Below the pieces are notes generated by a model. The model searched no databases. It worked only from the letters and a program-made list of their open reading frames with translations, and was not told the DNA's origin. Both the position numbers and the translations under genes were made by a program. From Antedon mediterranea (Eukaryota; Animalia; Echinodermata): a stretch of DNA of 64,000 bases. Below are positions 52,217 to 63,730 of this stretch, piece after piece. Every line of letters begins with the position of its first letter. Within the stretch, counting starts at the first letter, position 1. The stretch lies in NCBI RefSeq assembly GCF_964355755.1, contig NC_092677.1, positions 18,374,101 through 18,438,100 on the forward strand, in the 5' to 3' direction.

Positions 52217-54599
52217 TGGTTATCCGCACTTGGCGGATAACCCCTTGTTATTGTCAGGATCTTTTTTTTTCTTTTTTTTTTTTTTCTATCTTATTCTTCT
52301 TTCTTTCCCGGAATTTTGTTCGCAGCGTATCTCTAATTCTGGCCAATATAAGATTGTGTAACTTTGTCATAAGATTGACCTCTAGCTGTAGATGTGCAGG
52401 ACGTTTCGTTTTTTAACTTTAGAGTCGCGCAGCGTAAGTTACGCGCAATTTTATGAATTTCAATGATTGATCATAGATTAAAAATCAAAAGTCATTTTGT
52501 ATTGAAACTTGGTGAAAATTTAAGTCATATCAAGCGCAAACTTTCTATGGATTAAAAATGGCATGTTTTACAAAAAGTTACGCGTGCACGCGCGTTTAAA
52601 ATTTCAAAATGCGAAAAATCAATTTCTAATCAACTTTCTACGCGTTTCATGTCATTTTGAGCATTTGAAAAATTCCCACGCGTGCGCAATTTTTTTACGC
52701 GCGCGTGCGCACGTAGCGCAAAAACATCATTTTTTTGCTTGATTTTTGTTTTTCCTGTCTTTTTTAGTAAATTTACCAACTTTCAAACAATTTCAACTTA
52801 AAATCACGTCATACGAGCACGTAGAATTAAACAATTTACGCGCATTTTTGATGAAAAAGTTCAAAAATTTGTCAAAATTATGCCTTTTTTTAAACAGTCA
52901 TAGATTCTAAACTACGTGGTGAACTTTTTTAAAATTACATATTCTAAATGTAGATGAGTTGTAGATATCAAATCATGCATCCATATGGCTAACCGGACAT
53001 TGTGACGTCATCGTATGGCCACTGGAATATAAAATATAGGATTTTTGTCTCTTTCGCATAGCTCATCACATTTAATAGAGCGCATCTCTACTTATCCGTA
53101 TTCCATTTCTCCCCATTTTGTTATATTTTCTAGGTCAATCAATTATCTTTCGCATGGTTAACAATTTTTAAGATTGTTATGACGTCATCATTTGCAAAAG
53201 CGTCAATAACTTTGGTCACTTATTTTCACCTTTTCTGAACTGTATGTAGTACGTATACAGTATAGCGTATACCGTATATACTTAGACGTGACACAAAATA
53301 GAGGGCTCACTAACATTTTTTTCAATGGCATAATGGTTTTCTCTGCGCAATATCCTAACGTATGACGTGCACGTGGCGTTTGCTCTGCGGATAACCTAAC
53401 TCGTCCGTAGTGACGAGTTCAAATCTAGTATTTATTTGTTTCCTTCCACCCTTCTCCCCCATTTTTTGTGCGCAGCGTATCTCTAATTCTGGCCAACATA
53501 TGATTGTATAACTTTGTCAAAAGATTGCCCTGTAGCTGTAGATGTGCAAGAAACTTTTTTTTTCAAATTTCGAGTCGCGCAGCGTAAGTTACGCGCGATT
53601 TTGTGAATTTCAATGATTGATCATAGAATAAAAACTAAAAGTCGTTTTGTATTGAAACTTGGTGAACATTTAAGTCATATAATGCGCAAACTTCCTATGG
53701 ATTAAAAATGGCATGTTTCATAAAAATTTACGCGCGCACGCGTATTTAAAAATTCAAAATGCGAAAAATCAATATCTAATCAACTTTCTACGCGTTTCAT
53801 GTCATTCTGAGCATTTCAAAAATTCCCACGCGTGCGCAATTTTCTTACGCGCGCGTGCGCACGTAGCGCAAAAACATCTTTTTTTTGCTTGATTTTTGTT
53901 TTTTCTGTCTTTTATAATAAATTTACCAATTTTCAATCAATTTTGCCTTAAAATCTCGTCATACGAGCACGTAGAATTAAACAATTTGCGCGCAATTTTG
54001 ATGAAAAAGTCCAAAAATTTGTCAAAATTATGCCTTTTTTTAAACAGTCATAGATTCTAAACTACGTGGTAAACTTTTTTATTATTACATATTCTGGTAG
54101 TAGATGAGTTGTAGATATCGAATCATGTATCAATATGGCTAACAGGACATTGTGACGTCATCGTATGGCCACTGGAATATAAAATATAGGATTTTTTTCT
54201 CTTTCGTATAGCTCATCACATTTAATAGAGCGCATCTCCACTTATCCGTATTCCATTGCCCTCCATTTCTTTATATTGTCTAGGTCAATCAATTATCTTT
54301 CGCATGATTCACCATTTTAAAAATTGTGATGACGTTATCATGTCCAAAAGCGTCAATAACTTTGGTCACTTATTTTCACCTATTCTGCACTGTACGTAGT
54401 ACGTATACAGTATATAGTGTATACCGTATACACTTTGACTTGACACAAAATAGAGAGCGCACTAACATTTTTTCAATGCCATAATCGTTTTTTTGCCCGC
54501 AATATTCTAACGTACGACGTGCACGTGGCTTTTGCGCTGCGGATAACCTAACTCGTCCGTAGTGACGAGTTCAAGTCTAGTTTTTTTTTTTTTCTTTAT

Positions 54600-56187
54600 T
54601 AGTTATCCGCTTAGTAGCGGATAACTCCTTGTAATCGTCCTGTTTCATCATATTTTTTTTTTTTTTCTGTATTATACTTATTTCCTTCCGTCATTTTTGT
54701 GCGTCGCGTTTCTCTAAAACGTGTAAACAGAACATATCGTAACTTTGTCAACATATCGACATTTACGTGAACTTGTGCACCTCCTATTTTTGAATGACGT
54801 CAGAGTTGCGCAACGTGAATTACGCGCGATTTTATGAATTTCAATGATTGATTATAGACTAAAAACCAAACATAATTTTGTTTTGACACTTTGTGAAAAT
54901 TTAAGTCACATCAAGCGCAAACTTTCTATGGATTAAAAATAGCACCATTCACAAAAAGTTACGCGCGCACGCGCGTTTAAAATTTTAGAGTGCGAAAAAT
55001 CAACGTCTTATCAACTTTCTATGCGTTTCATGTCATTTTGAGCATGTCAACAATTCCCACGCGCGCGAAACTTTTTACGCACGCGGTGCACACGTAGCGT
55101 TAAAAACATATTTTTTTCGCGTGATTTATGTTTTTTCAGCCTTTTATAGTAATGTTACCAACTTTTAAACAATTTCGACTTAAAATTACGTCATACGAGC
55201 ACGTCGAATTAAATAATTTGCACGCGTTTCTGGTGAAAAAGTTCAAAAATTCGTCAAAATTATACCTATTTTTAAACAGTCATAGATTCTAAACTACATG
55301 GAGAACTTTTTTTTAATTACATATTCTGGAAGTTGATGAGTTGTAGATATCGAATCATGCATTAATATGGCTAACCGGACATTGTGACGTCATCGTATGG
55401 CCACGCAAATATAAAATATAGGATTTTTGTCTCTTTCGTCATAGCTCATCACATTTAATAGAGCGCATCTCCACTTATTCGTTGTTCATTTTCACCCCGA
55501 TTTTAATATCTTCTAGGACTATCAACTATGTTTTGCATGAATTAAAAATTTTTTAATTTTTTTAACGTCATCATGCCTAAAAATTTAAATTACGTTGGTC
55601 ACTAATTTCATCTTTACAGTAAATTTTAATCTGTTATAGCTCGTAAGAATAAAATGTGATAATCACGATTAAAACGTTTTCAGGAAGCTATTGTATTGTA
55701 GATACAAAATCATGTGAAAATTGTGCCAATCGAATGTTGTGACGTCATCATATGGCCAGTTAAATACAAAAAGTCATATTTTCATCTTTTGCGTTATATT
55801 TCATTACATTTAAAAGAGCGCGCATCAATATTTCACGTATTCAAAATTCTTCTACACGTTAATATGTTGTTGCTGAGATAATTTCATTCTGAAATTTCTA
55901 CTTTTGCATTTCATTTTGAAACCGTCAAGATGTTAAAAATTACAATAAAATACGGGTCCCGTAATTTCACCTATTTTACACTGTTTGTGATATGTATACA
56001 GATTGTACTGTTACTATGTATATGACACAAAATAACAGAATTCAGAAATAACAACATATCATATTCTTCAGTTCAGGTCATAATGCCTTAATATTTTTCT
56101 GTGTGCAATATTCTAACGTATGACGTGCACGTGGGCGTTTGTCGAGCGGATAACTAACTCGTCAAAGTGACGAGTTTCATGTCTAGT
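54600..56187 (+). mobile_element. B-type unit nested in a headless A-type unit at the ttat|tcttc site
   Basis: Left flank tttctttat, right flank tcttctttctttccacg; head identical to that at 6845. Confidence 0.85.
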
Positions 56188-57440
56188 TCTTCTTTCTTTC
56201 CACGAATTTTGTACGCAGCGTATCTCTAATTCTGGCCAACATAAGATTGTATAACTTTGTCATAAGATTGCCCTGTAGCTGTAGATGTGCAAGAAACTTT
56301 TTTTTATAAATTTTGAGTTGCGCAGCGTAAGTTACGCGCGGTTTTATGAATTTCAATGATTGATCATAGATAAAAAACCGAAAGTCATTTTGTATTGAAA
56401 CTTGGTGAACATTTAAGTTATATCAAGCGCAAACTTTCTATGGATTAAAAATGGCAGGTTGCACAAAAAGTTACGCGCGCACGCGCGTTTAAAATTTCAA
56501 AATGCAAAAAATCAACTTCTAATCAACTTTCTACGCGTTTCATGTCATTTTGAGCATTTCAAAAATTCCCAGGCATGCGCAATTTTTTTACGCGCGCGTG
56601 CGCACGTAGCGCAAAAACATCTTTTTTTTGTTTGATTTTTGTTTTTCCAGCCTTTTCTAGTAAATTGACCAACTTTCAAACAATTTGGACTTAAAATCAC
56701 GTCATACGAGCACGTAGAATTGAAACATTTGCGCGTGTTTTTGATGAAAAAGTTCAAAAATTCGTGAAAATTATGCCTTTATTTAAAAAGTCATAGATTC
56801 TAAACTCCGAGGTGAACATTTTTAAAATTTCAGATTCTGGAAGTAGATGAGTTGTAGATATCAAGTCATGCATCCATATGGCTAACCGGACATTGTGACG
56901 TCATCGTATGGCCACTGGAATATAAAATATAGGATTTTTGTCTCTTTTGCATAGCTCATCACATTTAATAGAGCGCATCTCTACTTATCCGTATTGCATT
57001 TCCCCCCATTTTGTTATATTGTCTAGGTCAATCAATTATCTTTCGCATGGTTAACAATTTTTAAGATTGTTATGACGTCATCATTTGCAAAAGCGTCAAT
57101 AACTTTGGTCACTTATTTTCACCTATTCTGCACTGTATGTAGTACGTATACAGTATATAGCGTATACCGTATATACTTAGACGTGACGCAAAATAGAGGG
57201 CTCACTAACATTTTTTTCAATGGCATAATCGTTTTTCTGCGCGCAATATTCTAACTTATGTGTCATGCGCGTGGCTTTTGCGCTGCGGATAACCTAACTC
57301 GTCCGTAGTGACGAGTTCAAATCTAGTTCCGATATTGTTCCTGATAACAAAGAAGCAGATTAAATATAGTTGTTTATTTGACCCATTTGGCTTAGATGCC
57401 TATGCCTAGAAAGATTTTCTATGATACTACCTACTCATTA

Positions 57441-57756
57441 GAGTGAGTGAGTGGCCGAGCGGTTAAGACGTTAATTACGTAGCCATAACATCGGCAGGGG
57501 TTCGAGTCTCACTCACTCCATGGTTCTGGTGGTAGAACGAGTCTTCTCGGATAAGGACTATAAACCGTAGGTCCAGTGTACACATCTAGCTCGTGTGCAC
57601 TTTAAAGAACCTAGTACATCTTTCGAGACGAGTAGGGGTTATCCCGGTGTATTAGTAAATTACAGCCACTGATCACCAACTGGGCCCTCTGGCAGACCAG
57701 TCTTTGACTGAAGAGGTAACCCAGTATAAATATAAATTTCAATTCAATTCAATTCA
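57441..57756 (+). mobile_element. tRNA-derived SINE with Deu/Nin-like central domain
   Basis: A-box TGGCCGAGCGG, B-box GGTTCGAGTCT, acceptor-stem-like GAGTGAG/CTCACTC-CA; core GGATAAGGACTATAAACCGTAGGTCC..TTAAAGAACC..GAGTAGGGGTTATCCCGGTGT resembles the DeuSINE domain; (AATTC)n tail. Confidence 0.8.
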
Positions 57757-59596
57757 TACTATAGCGGCCTAACTAAAATAAAATACAGTATACATATTTG
57801 AGTAGTAGTTTATTAGTACACTACACACTATCAGGCCATCCATATCCTCCTCTCTGGGTTAGTGAACATCTGCACGATGCCACGGCTAACTACACTTCCC
57901 ACCCACCCTAGCTAGAGGTATGCACTGCGCTGCCGGCCACTAGGCCTAGCCTATTTCGGATCTCATGTCTTGCAACATCTGAAAATACATAATGTACTAA
58001 TACTGTACATTATTGTTATTATTTTTTATTCGCACTGGAAGTATCTAGGCTTTCCTGTTATGTTAAAATTAAAAAAATTATTTATTATCCTCAGCAGTGA
58101 AAACAATTATATTTTGTTGTATATGCCGTGATTTTACAAAACATGATCGTCAGTCGATGGCTCAGGAGTTTCGATAAATCTCGCGTCGCGCGTGGAGGAA
58201 AACACGCTCAGCAAGTTTGCGACATTAATATAATTATGCATGATACTCTATGACGATCGACCCACTTTAACGTGACGTCATTTTACTTTAGCTGCATGCG
58301 AAGAAGTAGTCACCGTCGGCGTACGAGTGTCTACATCTTTCTATTACTATAGAGGGGGTAGTCGTACTATTCTTTATTATCATATGTTTCGAAGTATTTG
58401 TTGACTACAGAACTATCTACTTAAGTGTATTTTGTTTGTTCTTATAGACAACCCAACACAGTTGTTGAATAATAATAAATCTAATAAAGACAACATATTG
58501 CAACAACGTGTTCACCTCATTATTTCTCACCGATTCCACAACAATAATTCTATTTAATGTGACATGTATCATGTCTATTAAATCAAGTCTTATTTAGTAT
58601 GTATACATCCGCCCTTATGAGGGCGGGCATCACTCACTGGAGCTCTCTGTTACAAATTTCTCATGCAAAAATCGCGGAATACTCATTCTTGTGATATATA
58701 TTCTTTGACAATAGCTATGGAACGCCCATAGTGCCGTTGGTGGGGAAACAATGACGCGATAATACAGTAATATCGATTTCATTGTGTATTTACCTCTTTG
58801 CTTTTTGTTTTTACACAGGAAAACAACACGGAAAAACTCAACACCGACAAACTACAAATGTTGCAATTAATAATCCACATACAGTAAATTTGAAAGGAAA
58901 ATACCAATTACATATTTGAGGGCTATTTATATTTTATTATAATTATATACAAGAATAAACGAGGAGTTACGTAAATGATACTAACGTTTATGATAAGAAA
59001 CGTTAATGATATAATAAACGTTATAGGCCTATATATAGTAACTTTATTAAAGAACTGAAAAATAACTCTCAATTTCTGACAAGTCTTGTAATCCATGCAT
59101 TAATATGTTACATTCCTTAATGAAAAATAAATATATAAATATAAGAAACGAATTTAAATTAGTACTTAGGCCTATACTTATTTAATGTGTATAAATCAAT
59201 TTGTATATCTAAAGAAAAGAATTAGAAAAAATTACGCAAGTGATAATAAAACTTTAATGATATAAACGTTATTGATTGTAAACGAATTAGTACCTAGGCC
59301 TATAATATATAATTTATTAACAAGATTCATTCGGTTGGTATTGTAAATAAAATTTAATAGTTAATTATATATATAGTAAATAAAATAATCGTTATTTACT
59401 ACTACTATTACGGTATAACAAGAAAGAAATGAGGAATTACTAAAGTTATAATTGCCAATGAGAGTAAGGTTTAAGATAGATATAAGAAACGAATGGGAAC
59501 GTAGTAGGAAGCAGATTAAATATAGTTGTTTATTTGACCCATTTGGCTTAGATGCCTATGCCTAGAAAGATTTTCTATGATACTACCTACTCATTA

Positions 59597-59912
59597 GAGT
59601 GAGTGAGTGGCCGAGCGGTTAAGACGTTAATTACGTAGCCATAACATCGGCAGGGGTTCGAGTCTCACTCACTCCATGGTTCTGGTGGTAGAACGAGTCT
59701 TCTCGGATAAGGACTATAAACCGTAGGTCCAGTGTACACATCTAGCTCGTGTGCACTTTAAAGAACCTAGTACATCTTTCGAGACGAGTAGGGGTTATCC
59801 CGGTGTATTAGTAAATTACAGCCACTGATCACCAACTGGGCCCTCTGGCAGACCAGTCTTTGACTGAAGAGGTAACCCAGTATAAATATAAATTTCAATT
59901 CAATTCAATTCA
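59597..59912 (+). mobile_element. Second copy of the SINE, made by the tandem duplication
   Basis: same sequence, offset 2156 bp. Confidence 0.8.
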
Positions 59913-62028
59913 TACTATAGCGGCCTAACTAAAATAAAATACAGTATACATATTTGAGTAGTAGTTTATTAGTACACTACACACTATCAGGCCATCCATA
60001 TCCTCCTCTCTGGGTTAGTGAACATCTGCACGATGCCACGGCTAACTACACTTCCCACCCACCCTAGCTAGAGGTATGCACTGCGCTGCCGGCCACTAGG
60101 CCTAGCCTATTTCGGATCTCATGTCTTGCAACATCTGAAAATACATAATGTACTAATACTGTACATTATTGTTATTATTTTTTATTCGCACTGGAAGTAT
60201 CTAGGCTTTCCTGTTATGTTAAAATTAAAAAAATTATTTATTATCCTCAGCAGTGAAAACAATTATATTTTGTTGTATATGCCGTGATTTTACAAAACAT
60301 GATCGTCAGTCGATGGCTCAGGAGTTTCGATAAATCTCGCGTCGCGCGTGGAGGAAAACACGCTCAGCAAGTTTGCGACATTAATATAATTATGCATGAT
60401 ACTCTATGACGATCGACCCACTTTAACGTGACGTCATTTTACTTTAGCTGCATGCGAAGAAGTAGTCACCGTCGGCGTACGAGTGTCTACATCTTTCTAT
60501 TACTATAGAGGGGGTAGTCGTACTATTCTTTATTATCATATGTTTCGAAGTATTTGTTGACTACAGAACTATCTACTTAAGTGTATTTTGTTTGTTCTTA
60601 TAGACAACCCAACACAGTTGTTGAATAATAATAAATCTAATAAAGACAACATATTGCAACAACGTGTTCACCTCATTATTTCTCACCGATTCCACAACAA
60701 TAATTCTATTTAATGTGACATGTATCATGTCTATTAAATCAAGTCTTATTTAGTATGTATACATCCGCCCTTATGAGGGCGGGCATCACTCACTGGAGCT
60801 CTCTGTTACAAATTTCTCATGCAAAAATCGCGGAATACTCATTCTTGTGATATATATTCTTTGACAATAGCTATGGAACGCCCATAGTGCCGTTGGTGGG
60901 GAAACAATGACGCGATAATACAGTAATATCGATTTCATTGTGTATTTACCTCTTTGCTTTTTGTTTTTACACAGGAAAACAACACGGAAAAACTCAACAC
61001 CGACAAACTACAAATGTTGCAATTAATAATCCACATACAGTAAATTTGAAAGGAAAATACCAATTACATATTTGAGGGCTATTTATATTTTATTATAATT
61101 ATATACAAGAATAAACGAGGAGTTACGTAAATGATACTAACGTTTATGATAAGAAACGTTAATGATATAATAAACGTTATAGGCCTATATATAGTAACTT
61201 TATTAAAGAACTGAAAAATAACTCTCAATTTCTGACAAGTCTTGTAATCCATGCATTAATATGTTACATTCCTTAATGAAAAATAAATATATAAATATAA
61301 GAAACGAATTTAAATTAGTACTTAGGCCTATACTTATTTAATGTGTATAAATCAATTTGTATATCTAAAGAAAAGAATTAGAAAAAATTACGCAAGTGAT
61401 AATAAAACTTTAATGATATAAACGTTATTGATTGTAAACGAATTAGTACCTAGGCCTATAATATATAATTTATTAACAAGATTCATTCGGTTGGTATTGT
61501 AAATAAAATTTAATAGTTAATTATATATATAGTAAATAAAATAATCGTTATTTACTACTACTATTACGGTATAACAAGAAAGAAATGAGGAATTACTAAA
61601 GTTATAATTGCCAATGAGAGTAAGGTTTAAGATAGATATAAGAAACGAATGGGAACGTAGTAGGCACGTATTTAATGTGCGGGATTTAAAATGTAAATTT
61701 CTAGGCATAAGAAACGAAGAATTATTAAAGTGATAATAATGTGTTTCGAAAATGTTTAATAAAACAAATTAAATTAATTGTTTGTTTTTCGTCTTTGTTT
61801 AAGAGGGCATTGTGCAAAGCAAATCAAGGCGCTAAAAAAAAAAACAATACACAGATTCCTCAGGTGTCGGTAAGCCTTTTCGGAGATAAAACAATGCAGC
61901 TCTTTTTTGTTAATAGAAAGTAGCGTACGCGTGCCTTTGCGTGTACATTTTAACCGCGATGACAACTATAAAATGAACCAAAAATATTAGTAAAACACCA
62001 CTTTAAATTTTTTGATCTATCGAACAAC

Positions 62029-63700
62029 ATGAACGAATGCTTAGAATGTCATCAACTTGTAACTCAACGCCAAGAGGCAATATTTTGCGAAGAATGCGAA
62101 CGCTGGCAGCACAGGACGTGTGGTACGGCAATATCCCAGGAGGAATACCGGCGAGGTATTGAGAATGGATACATGGATTGGTCCTGTGGTGATTGTATGT
62201 TGCCCAGCAATAACGAACATGCTCACGATGTTTTTGCGGAGAATTTGGGAAATTTCGCCGAACCCGACGAATTTGTCGAAGACGATCCAGGGCATCATTT
62301 ATAAGGAGCGCCTGCGCGACCGCGCTCCTCCGCGCTCCTCAACAGGCTTCGAGGAGAGCAATTTATCGCGCTCCTTAATTTTCAAAATAGAGCCTAGCTT
62401 TTGACAGTGTTGATTTTTCTGTCAAGAGGCCTAAAAACACGTGGATTTTTAAAAGTTAAAACCAATCTAGGCCTAGGCTAATAATATATAAGCTAAGTTA
62501 TAAAGCTACAAGCCTAATGGCAGTCCCTCGTTTTTAAGGATCGCGAGCGCGATCGCAATCAACAACCTTCGAAAAGGAGAGCAATTCATCGCGCTCCATC
62601 TCACAGTGCGAGGTACCAACAAAGGGGATTCCCCTGCCTGCGCGCATTCAAGGGCGAGTTTACTTCATCGCCTCATAGTGCAACCAGTACGGTGTCATAG
62701 AAACACCTCCTTTACAGGAAGATCATGTCCCAACCAATAATTTTTCCCTTTATGTTTTTATGGAACGAGTTAATAAAATATATTTAATTTTAAAAGGAAA
62801 CATTAATATAGGAGGCCTAAATATAATGTTTATTATTTAAAAAAGCTTAGCTGCTGGTTGCTTTAATTATGTCATTTTGAAGATGGATTATTTCTTCGAA
62901 AGTTCTAACCAATTTTGGTCACTCAAATCCTCCTCAAAACACGTGCTGATGTGTGACGTCAGCATCTTCTAGAAGCTCTCTCAGCCCTCCCCCTATTGTG
63001 CGTGCGCCCATGTGTGACACATGTAAACACGATCAAATATCTTTCTTAATTATTTTAAAATGACACTTTGTAACTTATTATCAATATTTTAATGGCTGTT
63101 GCATGTTAGAATTGTATAATTTATGAATTGCAGGTAAATACTTTTCAGGTTTTCTGTCTGATTTCTAGGCCAACAAGCTAGGCTAGAAAAGCTAGGCTAA
63201 AGGCATATAGTTGGCCAGGACAGGATTCTCCAGGCTCCTGAAACCCAATCTACCCAGGCAGGCCATAAAAAAAAAATTGGCTTGAGTTTTTTGTACTGTA
63301 GAATAATACGATCCCCACGGAAAATATTGTGTGTAAAGGTGGGTGTGGTGGATTTTAGGGGAGAGGTACAGTATACATTTGTTGTGCCCGGGGGGGGGGG
63401 TTATCCCCTGTCGGGCAAAAAAATGTGTACAAAAAATTAATAAGGGCCAGCCATTTTTAATAAGGGCGACCATCCTTCAACTTCAACATAAATATTTGAG
63501 GAGAGCGATTTAAAATTTTTGCAAGGAGAGCGAATTGCTCTCCTTGGTGATTTGAGGAGAGCGATTTGTTGCTCTCCTGGGTTTTGCATACGTGATGCCC
63601 TGACGATCTACCAGACCCATATCCGGTTGCTAATCCTGTGGTAGCTCCAGAGGATGAAGTGACCTACAGAGTTCTTCCAGGAACCTCTAACCGGGGCAAG
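62029..63700 (+). pseudogene. PHD-finger exon (probably of a MULE/FLYWCH-type transposon gene) interrupted by a TIR element
   Basis: CLEC..CEEC..QHRTC..WSCGDC is a C4HC3 PHD. Removing 62288-63602 and one duplicated acgatc restores ..EFVEDDLPDPYPVANPVVAPEDEVTYRVLPGTSNRGK followed by a GT donor at 63701. Confidence 0.7.
62288..63602. mobile_element. Non-autonomous TIR DNA transposon (hAT-like CAGGG ends)
   Basis: CAGGGCATCA..TGATGCCCTG; duplicated (g)acgatc flanks; subterminal GGAGAGC..GCTC(T)CC hairpin repeats near both ends. Confidence 0.75.
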
Positions 63701-63730
63701 GTATTTGAATTAAGTATTTTTTTGCGTTTC

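Larger units (their letters stand above)
29601..57327 (+). mobile_element. Head-to-tail array of 21 non-autonomous Helentron derivatives (HINE/DINE-1-like): 17 A-type tails, 3 B-type, 1 C-type
   Basis: Hairpin-CTAGT tails end at 30733, 31954, 34111, 35323, 36549, 38137(B), 39349, 40583, 41809, 43026, 44619(B), 45900, 47049, 48263, 49487, 50652, 52216(C), 53429, 54581, 56187(B), 57327. Each intact unit has a head hairpin with subTIR, a T-run, a conserved body, a 3' subTIR and a hairpin. Confidence 0.92.
57352..61663. repeat. 2156-bp tandem duplication (57352-59507 / 59508-61663)
   Basis: gaagcagattaaatatag.. starts at 57352 and 59508; ..gggaacgtagtag ends at 59507 and 61663; no differences noticed by eye. 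Confidence 0.95.

Noticed and set aside
29853-57254. Recurrent 60-80 aa ORFs in the array
   Set aside because: They span element junctions and poly-T runs, and frames are not conserved between units
29559-57327. CRISPR array or integron: regularly spaced hairpin repeats
   Set aside because: The intervening sequences are >1 kb and homologous to each other, there is no cas or integrase gene, and the repeats are Helentron termini in eukaryotic DNA
29601-57327. Simple homogeneous satellite
   Set aside because: Units have defined transposon ends, three end types, nested insertions and an irregular order
57441-57520. tRNA gene
   Set aside because: The anticodon arm is degenerate and the sequence continues into a SINE core and (AATTC)n tail
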